In this document: positions 1 to 13,215 of the stretch, piece by piece
Numbering within the stretch: position 1 is the first letter of the stretch
Layout of the letters: each line of letters opens with the position of its first letter
The notes under the pieces: generated by a model
The model's database searches: none
The model's input: only the letters and a program-made list of their open reading frames with translations
What the model was told of the DNA's origin: nothing
Source: Mobula birostris
Lineage: Eukaryota
Length of the DNA stretch: 64,000 bases
Direction: 5' to 3'
Assembly (NCBI RefSeq): GCF_030028105.1
Contig: NC_092402.1
Span: 62,669,110 to 62,733,109, forward strand
Made by a program: the position numbers and the translations under genes

Positions 1-69
1 GTGAGGTTAAGAGACCACCTTTTAGGGAACTATTTAATAGTCTTACAAAGCTATCCTTGAGCCTGGGTC

Positions 70-668
70 TTGAGGACTAGAATATACAAGCAAGGATGTA
101 ATGCTGAGGTTTTATAAGGCATTTGGTCAGACCACATTTGGAGCATTGAGAACAGTTTTGAGTCCCATATCGAAGAAAGGATGTGCTGGCATTGGAGAGG
201 GTCCAGAGGACAGAGGAGGTTTACGAGAATGAACCCAGGAATGAAAGGGTTATCGTTTGAGGAGGGTTTCTTGGCTCTGCATCTGCACCCACTGGAGTTT
301 AGAAGAATGGGGGGGGGGGGGGGTTCTCATTGAAATCTACTGAATACTGAAAAGGCCTAGAAAGCGTGGGTGTGGAAAGGCTGCTTCCTATGGTGTGGGA
401 GTCTAGGACCAGAGAGCACAGCCTCAGGATAGAAGGATGTCCCTTTAGAACAGAGATGAGGAGGAACTTCTTTAGCCAGAGGGTGGCAAATCTGTGGAAT
501 TCATTGCCACAGTGGCTGTGACAGCCAAGTGATTGGTTGTATTTAAAGCAGGAGAATAGTATTGAGAAGGACATTAAATCAGCTGTGATGGAATGGGGGA
601 GCAGATTCAATGGGCTGAATGGCCTAACTCTGCTCCTGTATCTTATGGTGTTATTGCGTTATGGTCTG
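70..668 (+). mobile_element. CR1 LINE 3' fragment (ORF2 C-terminus, 3' UTR and tail)
   Basis: Encodes degenerate LEYTSKDVMLRFYKALVRPHLE...LEFRRM; ends in the CR1 3' hairpin region and tcttatgg-type tail; same sequence as 9900-10495. Confidence 0.85.
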
Positions 669-1761
669 GCATACCTCGGACCAGTAAACACCCCTGCAGT
701 GCTGCTCTCTAGTATGTTCAAGTTTGTAAACTGCCAACTACGAAATGGTGTGCAGGGACAATGAAACCTAGGGCTCACGTGCCCAGTCATCAGGATAACA
801 AGCCTGTTAAAGAAAGGCATATGTGACTGCTGATTTTATAACTAGAGGTATAGATGTAAAGGTATAGATGCATGCACTAAGCAGGGGATGTTGTAATGAA
901 AGAGTGTTGCTCACTTCTGAAATTCAGTTCTCCTGGCCTTGACCGCTGTTTAATGACAGAATAGGCTTCAGATGCAGAGGGCCAGTGCTGTTCTTGTATT
1001 CCTATGACACTGTGTCTCTCGATAGGTGCTCCTAAATCCCTGGCAGTAGCAAAGTGATAATCTCCTGCTCTTTCTTAATGTGAAGAAATACTGGAGGCTT
1101 ATGCATCATCCCATTGACAAGGGAGAACGGAGGAAAGCAGCCAAAGTAATCAAGGAGACCCAACCCCCCATCACCCATGATCCCCTCTCTCATCCGGCAG
1201 AAGATACAAAAGCCTGTGAACACGTACCGCCAGGCTCAAGGACAGCTTCTACCTGCTGTTTTCAGAATCTTGAACAGATTGCTCATACACTAAAAGATGA
1301 ACTCTTGACCTCACAATCTACTTCACTGTGGCCCTTTATTCATCTGCCTGCACTGCACTTTCTCTACAAGTGTAACACGACATCCTGCATTCTGTTTCCC
1401 TTTGTACTACTTATATGAAATAATCTGTCTGGAAGGCACACAAACAGAAGCTCTTCATTGTATCTCAGTACATGTGACAATAATAAGCCAATTCCAGTCT
1501 TTAACTGAGTGAGTTACTGACAACAGATTGGATCTATTTACCAATTCCCACTGAAACCATAACTCTCTACCTCAGTAAATGTGCCAGTCATTTGCAGAGC
1601 AGAGGGAGTATTTTAATGCGGCTTCCTCTGATCTGGATTTCTTTCTATCTATTCCGCCAATTGATTGTGAAGAATGGGAGGTATCTTAATGTTTGATTCA
1701 TGTATGTGCACACGGGCGTAAAGACACGTTGGTGTATGCATGTAATGATGCAATTGCAAGC

Positions 1762-1955
1762 ACAAGAGACTGCAAATACTGTAATCTGGAGCAACAAACA
1801 CACTGCAGGAGGAACTCACCGGGTTGAGCAGCATCTGGTGGGGAGAAAAACTTGCACCCGAACTTTCCCCCGACAGATGCTGCTCGGCCCACTGATATCC
1901 TCCAGCAGTTTGTTTGTTGCTCCTGATTCAATCACCTGCAGTTGCTTTTGTCTCC
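1762..1955. mobile_element. Palindromic Penelope-like pLTR/tail remnant
   Basis: Arms gagcaacaaacacactgcaggagga...gcagcatctg and cagatgctgc...tcctccagcagtttgtttgttgctc are reverse complements and resemble the PLE termini elsewhere in the window. Confidence 0.65.
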
Positions 1956-4571
1956 GCCTTGATCTTCTTCTGCTTCTTCTTCTGACGTTTTATGGCGGTT
2001 GGCAATCAAACTTAAAGATACATTACTGCCACCAACTGGACTGGGGTATGGTGTAGAGAATTGGGCAGAAAGCCTCTCTTTCAAAAGAAAACTAAATTAC
2101 CCCAAAAAGCCCTATAGATTGTAAGTAATGAAAGACGATACTGTGAATTAAATTAAAGTTACCCCTGTAGCTTAACAGAGTTTTGAACTGAAAACTATCA
2201 ACCCTCAAAGATTGTAAAGGAGCCTGCATTTGATTTCTTTCAACTTTAAATCCTTCGCACATATGTTGAACTGTTTCATGATGATGACACAACCCAGAGC
2301 AATGTTTTCCAACAAGACAGAAGGAATAATTAAGCATAGTATGTGGAATTTTAAGTTGTGACAAAAATAATTCCTTCCATTCTTGTTTTACTCCCTTCTC
2401 CCATAAACCCAACAGTTTTGTCAGCCTTGATATTAGAATTGGGAAAACCTTAAATATCAGGTACCAGTCAATTGAAGTCAGGTGCATTAACTTAAGTGTA
2501 TATAGTAAAGTTCCTGAAGTCCTGCATTTCGGTGGTCCTCGCACATCCAGACCAATATGTCAATGGATCTAGGCTTCAAAGTGATTTGGGTCTCACACCG
2601 GCTTGAAGCGTGTGACAACAAGGGATGCTCGGCCCTCTTTTCAGCAGCTTTAGTCACTATTTGGAGATTTTCCCCTTTAACCTCCAACATTTTGTGCTTG
2701 CATACTATAAAAATGTAGAATGACAGCAGAATGTGGCCCTGAATTTTCTTAAGCAACAAACAATCTGCTGGAGGAACTCAGAGGGTCAAGCAGCATCTGT
2801 GAGAGGAACGAAATAGTCGATGCCTCAGGACAAAACCCTGCATCATTTGATGCATGCGCATATGCATGTATATCATGCACACATACTTATGCAAATATGT
2901 GACTGTTTACATAAATTAATTAATATACAACACAGACATACATACTTATCTATGGATATATGCATGTGCATACAGTATATACTGCATGCACATGCATGTG
3001 TAAAATATTTGTATACATAAACAGTCATACATTTGTGTACACTAACATTTATATGTCTCTACACAAACTCATAGGTTCATGCAAACATGTCAAGAAAATA
3101 TTGTGACATGATTAGTTTCCCAAAATGTAGCCTGCTCCCATGGTTTAATAATATTCCTTCTTCAACAAAAGGCAATGATAAAGCAAGCCAAACGCCAGCA
3201 CAATTGACAAACAATAGGCCTGGCATAAAGCCTGCACAATTCACCACAAAGTAACACATGTTGCAAGGATCTTTCACCATTGTGTAGACATTGGCAGAAC
3301 TCCAACACATCTGCTGGTGAGCCAGATTGAAAAAAAAACGTTCTATTCACCAGCTGGAAAGCTCAAAGAACAGCTAATTTCCCAGAAAGCAAAACTTGTT
3401 AACTCTGTCGGCCACCTATCATTTGTACTCATTCATCATCACTGCTACATTAGTTGGCTCCCATTTGCCTTTCTGTGACAAGACGTGCTGGGGATTTGTG
3501 TCTTTTGGAAGTGGAAGAAGGAGGCAATATTTTAATCAAATTAAAATGAACTGTTTCAATGCAGTGGGAGATTGTTTCTTTTGAACTTACTTGTCCCAAA
3601 GTCATAGTTTTGTTTTGATAAGATGTACATTGTGTAGACTGCCACAGTGTTCCCTCGTGAATTACTGTAAAAACTAGTCTATAAACCTAGTTTCTGGATA
3701 CTTTTAAAGGGGCTAAGAAGGAGCTAGCAGTGGGGTGACTTATACACAAGTGTGACTTCTACATTAGAGTGCTCATCAAATAAAACTAGGCTTGGCAGAA
3801 TTCAGTGTTTATTTTTAGAAACGCTGTTTGTTAATGCTTGTTCATATTTTACTGAAATTTATTTCAAGCCAATAGAATTGTAAGGCGTAACATAGCACGT
3901 CATTTGCAGAATGAAATGGGCTGCAAAGCTTTTCAGTTTTGACCTCAAGCCTAACAGAGAAAACTTAAAGGAAAAGTTTTGGGAAAAGATTTTTCCAAAA
4001 ATGTGACTCTGCAAAATGGGGGAGCAAGTCATACACTGGGCTTTATGGTACGCTATGCTGTGATCTCACTGTTGTTTACATCTTCAGTGCCAATTGGGGA
4101 GGTGGACTGGATGTGTCTCAGCTGGTGTGATATTGTCTGTGCTTAGACAAGAATCAAAGAGAATCAATAAGAATTAAGCCCATAAGTCTTTCAAAGCAAA
4201 ACAGCTAAATTGTTCAGGCATGGGTTCACCCTCCATCATTGGAAAGGAGGGAATTAGGTTGAGGAAAAGACCATTCATCCCCTCCAGCCTGTTACTCAAT
4301 TACATCACTGTTGATCCATGAATTGATTTTAACGTCCTTGTGCAAGAGTAACAAAGGTTTTGAAACTTTCAGTTGATTCCCTGACTCATCTGGTTTTAGG
4401 AGGAGCATTTACCTCCCATTCAGGGTCATCACACACTCCTGCCTCAGAGAATTCAAAATTAATCTCCACTTACACTTGCATGCAACACTCAGGAGAGAAG
4501 GGGGTATTAAAAGCCATGGGTGGTTTTTAGTTCATTCATTTTTTAGTTAATGATTTTTTAAAATTAAGTTA

Positions 4572-4838
4572 GGCGACAATTCCTTCTCCCGTCTGCGTGA
4601 AATGTGGGACTTTCGAGAGACTTTTTTACTGTGCCATGGCCTGTTCTTCATCAAGTTATGGTATTGTTGCATTGTTGTAACTATATGTTATAATTATGTG
4701 GTTTTTGTTAGTTTTTCAGTCTTGGTCTGTCCTGTGTTTCTGTGATATCACACCGGAGGAAATATTGTATCATTTCTTAATGCATGCATTACTAAATGAC
4801 AATAAAAGAGGACTGTGTGTCCTCATAATCTAATCTAA
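4572..4838 (+). mobile_element. 3' part of a non-autonomous LINE-type element with (taatc)n tail
   Basis: aataaa followed by cataatctaatcta; reverse complement of 14692-14965. Confidence 0.7.
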
Positions 4839-4899
4839 TTTGCCCAACATGAGCTATCCAATTAGGTAACAAAGTGTCTGCAAACTTTCCAATTGGTCA

Positions 4900-5735
4900 G
4901 TTAAGTCAAGTTTATTGTCAGGTGTGCAAGTACGGTGAGGTACAGGTGAAATGAAAAGCTTACAGTGGCATCACAGGCCACAGGCACGTTGGTACAGGCA
5001 CCATACACAACAGAGTGAGTTGGTTCAAGAACAGAATGGTTGAAGGGAAGTGGATGCTCCTGAGCCTGGTGGTGTGGGACTTCAGGCTTCTGTACCTCCT
5101 GCCTGACGGTAGCAGTAAGAAGAGAGCATGGCCCAGATGATGGTGATCCTTGATGATAGGTGCCACCTTCTTAAGGCAACACCTCATGTAGATGCTGTCA
5201 ATGGTGGGGAAGACTGTGCCTGTGATAGACTGGGCTGTGACCCCTACTCGCTACAGCCTCTTGCACTCCTATGTTGGAGCTGCCATACCAGGCTGTGATG
5301 CAACCAGTCAGGATACTGTACTACCAATAGTGCATCTGTAGAAGATTTTGGGAGTAGTTGATGATATGTTGAATCTCCTGAAGCTTCTAATACTAAGAAG
5401 GTAGAGTTGCTGGTATGCCTTTATATCTATGTGCTGGGCCCAGGGCAGGTCATTTGAGATGTTAACATGCAAAGATTTGAAGCTGCTCTCTCTCTCTCTC
5501 TCTCTCTCCATCTCTGACCCACCAGTGAGAATTGGCATGTGGTTTCCTGACTTCCTCTTTCGAAAGTCAATGACTAGCTCCTTGGATTTGTCAATGTTGA
5601 GTGTGACGTTGTTGTTATGGCACCACTCACCCAGGTGTTCTGTCTCATTCCTGGACACTGACTCACCACCACCTGTGATTTGGCCAACAACAGTGGTGTT
5701 TTCAGTGAGTTTAGAGGAGGCATTAGAACTGTGCT
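4900..5735 (-). mobile_element. Rex1/Babar-type LINE 3' fragment
   Basis: Minus-strand peptides WCHNNNVTLNIDKSKELVIDFRK and LLPSGRRYRSLKSHTTRLR, typical of the Rex-Babar RT C-terminus. Confidence 0.75.
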
Positions 5736-6135
5736 CTAAAGTTCAAAATTCAAACTAAGTTTATTATCAAATAAAACTCATCATATACTACCCTGAGATT
5801 CATATTCTTGTGAGCATTCACAGTAAATGCAAAGAAGCAGAATAGAATCAGTGAAAAACAAAAATGGACAAGCAACTAGAGTGTGCAAAAGACAACAAAC
5901 TGTGTAGTAAGTACAAAAAAGAAAAAAAACTAAATATTAAATAAATAAATAAATAAATAAAGGCATACATAAATATATAAATAATAAATGATATTGGGAA
6001 CATGAATTGTAAAGTCCTTGAAAGTGAGTCCACAGGGTTGTGGAATTGGTTCAGTGTTGGGGTGAGTGAAGTTATCCTCTCTGGTTCAGGAGCCTGATGG
6101 CTGAGGGTAATAACTGTTCCTGAACATTTTTCATT

Positions 6136-6510
6136 TTGGAAAGGAGGGAAGAGCAACCAGATGTCTTGGTACATTATGGTACCAATAATATAGGAAGGAA
6201 AAGCAATGAGGTCCTGAAAAGAGAATTTAGAGAGCTAGGTAGAAAGCTGAGAAGCAGAACCTCCAGGGTAGCCATTTCTGGATTGCTGCCTGTGCCACAC
6301 GCCAGTGAGGGTGGAAAATGGATGATTTGGAAGATTAATACATGGCTGAGAAGTTGGCGCAGGGGCCAGGGCTTTAGGTTTCTTGGATCATTGGGATCTC
6401 TTCTGGGGGAAGTATGACCTGTTCACAAGTGACGGGTTGCACCTGAACACAAGGGGGACCAATATTCTCACGGGCCATTTTGTTGAAGCTGGTGGAGAGA
6501 GTTTAAACTA
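6136..6510 (+). pseudogene. CR1 ORF1 esterase (SGNH/GDSL-like) fragment
   Basis: EQPDVLVHYGTNNIG (block III GxN-like motif); a frameshifted DGLHLN motif lies near 6430. Confidence 0.8.
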
Positions 6511-7397
6511 ATTTGGCAAGGGGGTGGGAACCAGAGCAAAGGGTCTCAGGATAAGACAGATGTTAAAAAAAACAAAGATAGCGTGCAGTCAGACTGTCAG
6601 GAAGGGCGGACAAAATTGCAGCCAGCAGAGTGAGTATCACTGCATTAGGGAAGTAAAATCAAAAAGGGTAGCAAATTCACGACTCAGAGTTTTATCTCAA
6701 TGCACAGAGTATAAGAAATAAGGTGGATGATCTTGTTGCACTATTACAGATTGTCAGGTATGATGTTGTGGCCATCACTGAATCATGGATGAAGGATGGT
6801 TGTAGCTGGGAGCTGATTGTCCAAACTTACATGTTGTATCAGAGGGATAGGAAAGTAGGCAGAGGGGGTGATGTGGCTCTGCTGTTAAAGAGTGGCATTA
6901 AATCATTAGAAAGATGTGACATAGGATCGGAAGATGTTGAATCCTTCTGGGTTGAGTTAAGGAACTGCAAGGGTAAAAGGACCCTGATGACAGTTATATA
7001 CAGGCCTCCCAACAGTGGCTGGGATGTGGACCACAGATTACAATAGGAATTAGAAAAGGTGAGTCAAAAGGGCAATGTTATGATAGTCATGGGAGAGTTT
7101 AACATGCAGGTTGATTGGGAAAATCAGGTTGGTAGTGGATCTCATTAATGGAGAGTGAGTTTGTTGAATGCCTATAAGATGGCTTTTTAGAGCAGTTTGT
7201 CATTGATCCTACAAGGGGATCGGCTATACTGGATTGGATGTTATGTAACGAACTGGAGGTGATTAGGAAGCTTAAGGTTAGGAGCCAATGATCACAATTT
7301 GATTAAGTTCAACTTGAAATTTGATAGGGAGAAGTGAAGTCTGACGTAGCAGTATTTCAGTGGAGTAAAGGAAATTGCAGTGGTACAAGAGAGGAGT

Positions 7398-7538
7398 ACA
7401 AGATAGCGGAATCAAAGGTTATGGGGATAAGGCAGGAACTGGATACTGATAGTGGATCAGCCATGATCACAGTGAATGGCGGTGCTGGCTAGAAGGGCCG
7501 GATGGCCTACTCCTGCACCTATTGTCTATTGTCTATAG
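7398..7538 (+). mobile_element. Short CR1 3'-end insertion nested in the large CR1
   Basis: CR1 3' UTR (gatcagccatgatc...ggcctactcctgcacc) with a ctattgt-repeat tail interrupts ORF2. Confidence 0.7.
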
Positions 7539-8711
7539 TTGTGCTGGCAGGAATGACAGCAGAGCAGCAATGGTGTGAGTTTCTTAGAAAAATGAGGAAG
7601 GTGCAGGATAGATGTGTTCCAAAAACAAAGAAATACTCAATTGGCAATAGAGTACAACCATGGCTGACAAGGGAAGTCAAAGCTAATGTAAAAGCAAAAG
7701 GGAGGGTGTACAAGGCAAAAATTATTGGTAAGACAGAAATGGGAAGCTTTTAAAAACCTACAAAGAGCAACTAAAAGAGTCATTAGGCAAGAAAGGATGG
7801 AATATGAAAGCAAGCTAGCAAACAATATCAAAGTGGATAGTAAAAGCTTTTTCAAGTATGTAAAAAGTAAAAGAGAGATGAGAGTGGATATAGGACCACC
7901 AGAAAATGAGGCCGGAGAAATAATAACAGGTAACAAGGAGATGGCAGATGAACTAAATGAATATTTTGCATCAGTCATCACTGTGGAAGACACGAGCAGT
8001 GTGCCAGATGTTAAAGGGTGTGAAGGAAGAGAAGTGAGTGCAATTACTATTACAAGGGAGAAGGTGCTTTAAAAGCTGAAAGACCTAAGAGTACATAAGT
8101 CCCCGGATGAGATGAACTGCACCCTAGGGTTCTGAAGGAGGTAGTGGTAGAGATTGTAGAGGCATTAATAATGATCTTTCAAAAATCATTGGACTCTGGC
8201 ATCGTGCTAGAGGACTGGAAAATTGCAAATGTCACTCCACTCTTTAAAAAAGGAGGAGGGCAGCAGAAAGGAAATTATAGACCAGTTAGCCTGACCTCAG
8301 TGGTTGGGAAGATGTTGGAGTCAATTGTTAAGGATGAGGTTGTAGAGTACTTGGTGACACAGGACAAAATAGGACAAAGTCAGCATCGTTTCCTTAAGGG
8401 AAAATCCTGCCTGACAAACCTGTTGGAATTCTTTGAGGAGATTACAAATAGGATAGGTAAAGGGGATGCAGTGGATGGTGTATATTTGGACTTTCAGAAG
8501 GCTTTTGACAAGGTGCCACACATGAGGCTGCTTACCAAGTTAAGAGCCCATGGTATTACAGGAAAGTTACTGGCATGGTGAGAGCACTGGCTGGTTGTTA
8601 GGAGGCAGCGAGTGGGAATAAAAGGATCCTTTTCTGGTTGGCTGCCAGTGACTAGTGGTGTTCCACAGGGGTTGGTGTTGGGACCACTTCTTTTTATGCT
8701 GTATATCAATG

Positions 8712-9281
8712 GTATCAGTAGGGTGTTTGGGGTGTCAGGGAGGGGTAGCACCTCTGGTGGGGGAACATGTCGCATCCATTTCAGGGCGGTTTGTCCACCC
8801 TTGGTCCCCACCTGGCACTCAGCTCTCACCTGTGGCTCCCTGTAGCTGTTTGCATGCGACAGCGGCCACACCCCGGGCAACGGTTTCGACAAGCTGGCTA
8901 AACCAGGTGAGGGTAGCCGACGGGTCTCAAACCCTTGGCGAGATAGGGAGTTGTCTATCCCAGCATGTGAAGACGGACTCCGGCTGATTGAGTGAATGAG
9001 ACCAATGGAAGGTCCAACGGTCAAGAAGGTGGTCTCTGCAAGCGTCGTGGAACGTGTGGAGCGTGACAAGACACAGAAGACGTCCTGGTCATCCACTGCG
9101 CCTAGTCCCATCTCCAGCCGTCTCGACTCTGTCTTGCCACTGGATCCAGATGGGAATTGGGAAGAGAGAGTGAGGCTGACGCTGCGCAACTCTCCCTCAC
9201 TTAAATCCAAATCACGCGCTAGTCTCGACACCATCATAATGGTGTCAAGGCCTTCATCGACGACGACGATGGACGAACAGC
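8712..9281 (+). mobile_element. About 570-bp non-autonomous retroelement (probably RTE-derived) inserted in CR1 RT
   Basis: TSD atatcaatg (8703-8711) / atatcgatg (9282-9290); 3' hairpin gacaccat-cata-atggtgtc and (acg)n tail; homologous to 48604-49117. Confidence 0.75.
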
Positions 9282-9475
9282 ATATCGATGATTTAGATGA
9301 TGGATTTTTTTGCCAAGTTTGCAGATGATATGAAGATTGCTGGAGGGGCAGGTAGTGTTGCAGAAACAGGTAGGATGCAGAAGGACTTAAACAGATTAGG
9401 AGAATGGGAAAAAAAGTGGCAAATGAAACACAATGTTGGAAAATGCACAGTCATGCACTTTGGTAGAAGAAATAA

Positions 9476-9758
9476 ATCAGAATTATGTTTATTATCACCA
9501 GCATGTGACATGAAATTTGTTAACTTATCAGCAGCAGTTCAATGCAATACATAATATAGAAGGAAAAAAACAAAACAAAATAATAATAATAAATAAATAA
9601 ATAGATAAATTATAGTATACGTATATTGAATAGATTAAAAATCATGCAAAAAACAGAAATACTATATATTTTAAAAATGAGGTAGTGTCCAATGTCCATT
9701 TAGGAATCAGATGGCAGAGGGGAAGAAGCCGTTCCTGAATTGCGGAGTGTGTGCCTCA
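9476..9758 (-). mobile_element. LINE 3'-tail fragment (Rex/Babar-associated) nested in CR1
   Basis: Interrupts CR1 ORF2 between MHFGRRN and DYFLNREK; minus strand ends in aataaac...tctgat tail. Confidence 0.6.
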
Positions 9759-12344
9759 GACTATTTTCTAAACAGGGAGAAAATCCAAAACTCTGAGATG
9801 CAAAGGGACTTGAGAGACCTTGTGCAGAACACCCTAAAGGTTAACTTGCAGGTTGAGTCGGTGGTGAGGAAGGCAAATGCAATGGTAGCATTCATTTCAA
9901 GAGGTCTAGAATACAAGAGCAAGGATGTGATACTGAGGCTTTATAAGGCCCTGGTGAAGCCTCACCTTGAGTATTATGAACAGTTCTGGGTTTATCGGAG
10001 AGGGTTCAGAGGAGGTTCACAAGGATGATTCCAGGAACAAAAGGGTTACCATACGAGGAACGTTTGATAGCTCTGGGTCTGTACTCTCTGGAATTTAGAA
10101 AGATGAGGGGGGATCTCATTGAAACCTTTTGAATATTGAAAGGCCTAGACAGAGTAGATGTGGAAAGAACATTTCCCTTGGTGGGGGAGTCTAGGACAAG
10201 AGGGCACAGCCTCAGAATAGAGGGGCGTCCATTTAAAACAGAGATGCAGTGAAATTTCTTTAGCCAGAGGGTGGTGAATTTGTGGAATTTATTACCACAG
10301 GCAGCTGTGGAGGCCAGGCCACTGGGTGTATTTAAGGCAGAGCTTGATAGGTTCTTGATTGGACACAGCATCAAAGGTTATGGGGAGAAGGCCGGGGAGT
10401 GGGGCTGAGGACGGAAAAAAAGGATCAGCCATGATTAAGTGGTGAAGCAGACTCTATGGGCCAAATGGCCTAATTCTACTCCTATGTCTTAAAGTCTGAA
10501 CCTGGTGGTATGGGACCTAAGGCTCCTCTTCCTTCTTTCCAATGGAAGCAATGAGAAGAGAGCATGGCCTGGAAGCTGGGGGTTTTTAATGATGGATGCT
10601 GCTTAGCCACAGTGTTTAGGGAGTAGAGCAAGGATCAAAGATGCAGACCTGTGTTGATGGTCGGTGATTAAGTGGTTTTGATAAAGTGTGCTTTGATGCA
10701 TTTTGGCAAGATGCAAAGGGGCACATTAGATTACCAATCATAACATAAATGTTATCATTCTAAAAGGATGTCTTCCAGCAGAGGGCTGCAGACCAGGTAA
10801 GATAGACTGTTGAGTGGTTTAATTTCAGATTTCCAACATCTGCAGGTCTTTTCTTTAGACCTTCACTCAGGGACAGTGAGATCTGTGCACAAATGGGAGT
10901 TGAGAAAGTGGTTCAAAATACATGTGGAAACCTTGGCTTTACAGAGAGGCACAGAGAACAAGAGCAATGACCATTATGTCAAGCATTCTATCAAATGCCT
11001 GGTTTGGCCAAATTGGTCAAAATTGATGTATTGGAAATTCCAAACAGTGCATTTTAGGAAAAGTATGATGGCTTCAGGGAGGATTCTGTGGGAAAGGTAA
11101 ACTGGAATGGTCCCAGGGTGTAGGTTTGATCAAAGTGCTTGAAACTGTGAAAGCTCTGGATAGAGTAAATAGAAGAAAATGGTTCTCACTCATGGTTAAG
11201 ATGGCTGAGTAAAGAATGTGAGGAAAAGATTTTAATGGGTGAGGATTCACTGCCTGACAGCTTGATGGAATGGAGCCCTTTGAAATAGGACAATTGGGAT
11301 GCACAGGAATGCAAAAAGCTGCAGAGAGCACTTGTCTCAGCCCAATACATCGTGGGCACATCGCTCCCCACCACTAATAGTATCTACAGGAGGCGCTGCA
11401 TCAAGAAAGGCAAAGATCCCCAGCATCCGGGCCACCTCATCTTCTTGAAGCTACCATCAGGCAGGAGGTACAGAAACCTGACGTCCCACACAACCAGGTT
11501 CAGAAAGAGCTAGGTATCTTCAACCATTTGGTTCTTCAACCAACCTGCACCACCTAAATATTGAAACATTATGACCACTTTGCACACCAATGGACTAATT
11601 ATGTTCTTACTTGTTTAACTGTGCATATGTTATTCTTGTGATGTTGTCTATCTGATACTCTGAGCCTGCGATACAGCTGCAAGTTAGTCTACCATTGTAC
11701 AGATGACAATAAACTCAACTTTGACATAGCTAGGAATTGGGGATAACTGGATCGTGGCTTATGGTTTACTTTCATCAAAAGTACCAAGAAACAGTGAAAA
11801 GCTTCTGTATAGAAACTGTCCTTGAGCATTATGGACGTGCTTTCAGGCTTTGTATCTTCTGCCCAATGGGAGAGGAGGGTGGAGAAGAAAGGATGCCTGG
11901 ATGGGTTGCGTCTGACTATGCTGCCTGCTTTACTGAGGCAGGGGGAATTTCTTCAGCTTTTACGAAAAGCTGGCAAGGGTTTGATTGGTTAAATGGCTTC
12001 CCTCTGTATATTGATTTGGATTCTTTGGGTTACAAGTTATTTAGCATTGGGACACAGCCCTCAGACATTGCTGCCTATTGAAACTGTGCCTATTTTTCAT
12101 GGGACTATGGGAAATTGAGTTTCTTACACACAAGGAAATCATCTGCCTAAACACGTTCAGCAGGACCACATGATTTCAAGAGTTAAGCTCTTTTCTGAAT
12201 ATTCCATTTAAGCCATGGCTTACAATTGGGAGAGCCTGAGGCCTACTAGTTTCATGCTAGCTACATGGGCTGTGAAACAACACCTGAGCCAAGACGTTTT
12301 GAAAAACCCGACACACAAAAATATATACCACAATTACAAATGAA

Positions 12345-12795
12345 AATTAAGACCATAAGAGCATAAAATATAGGCGCAGAATTAGGACACTTAGCCCATT
12401 CAGTCTGCTCTGCCATTCAATTATGTCTGATTTTCTTTTGGCTCTCAATCCCATTCTCCTGCTTTCTCCCTATAACCCTTAACCCCCTTACCAATCAAGG
12501 ACCTATCAGTCTCTGCATACAGACAACAACTTGGCCTCTGCATCAATAAATTCCGCAGATTCACTACACTCTGGCTGAAGAAATATTTCCTCATCTGAAC
12601 TCTAAAGGGATATCCCTTTATTCTGAGGCTGTGCTCTCATATCCTCGACTCTTCCATTAATGGAAGCATCCTCTCCACGTCCAATCTAACCAGGCCGTTC
12701 AGTGTTTAGTAGGTTTCAATGAGATCTTCCCTCATCCTTCTGCACTCCATCAAGTACAGGCCCAGAGACATCTAACACTCTTCATACGTTAAGGC
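12345..12795 (-). mobile_element. CR1 3' fragment
   Basis: taagacca-type tail then the reverse complement of the CR1 3' UTR and ORF2 end. Confidence 0.8.
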
Positions 12796-12844
12796 TCCTG
12801 TGGTTTTAGATTGGCTGATTGAAATGCTTAAGGTTTTCACTTTT

Positions 12845-13215
12845 CACAACCCCAGAATGTCCTGAAGTACTCCACAGCCAACGGAGGTTTTCTGGAGCCT
12901 TGGAAGTGTGGTTGCTGTTGTGAATTAGTAAATGTGCCTGCCACAGCCAGCAACGTGATAAAGGCCAACCATCTGTTTCTCTTTAGTGATGTAAATTAAG
13001 GAGAAAAAAATCAGCCAGAACGCCAAAGATAAATCCCCATTTCCTCTTCAAAGTAGCCCCATGGGAGCCTCATCTTCCACCTGAGTGAGCACATGCCTCA
13101 ACTGAAACAACAGCAATACTGCACTGCCAGGATCTAGGTAGATTATGATGAGTTAGAGTGGGACTAGAACCCACAACCTTCTGAATTTAAAGCAAGAGCA
13201 CTACCAATTAACCAT
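12845..13215 (-). mobile_element. Deu-domain SINE (SacSINE1/AmnSINE-like), degenerate
   Basis: Matches the recalled Deu core (acagccaa...gaagtgt...ctcttcaaagtagccccatggg...tccacctgag) plus a tRNA-like head (gggactagaacccacaaccttctg). Confidence 0.65.

Larger units (their letters stand above)
6130..10495 (+). mobile_element. 5'-truncated, inactivated CR1 LINE (ORF1 SGNH esterase end, ORF2 APE-RT, 3' UTR) with three nested insertions
   Basis: ORF1 VHYGTNNIG...ISGLLP; APE AITESW and IYRPPNS; RT NYRPVSLTS, LDFQKAFDKVPH, GVPQG, KFADD. Many stops and frameshifts. Possible TSD ctgaac at 6120-6125 and 10496-10501 inside an older minus-strand LINE piece. Confidence 0.92.

Noticed and set aside
8494-9237. 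247-aa minus-strand ORF
   Set aside because: Antisense read-through across a CR1/insert junction with no domain motifs.
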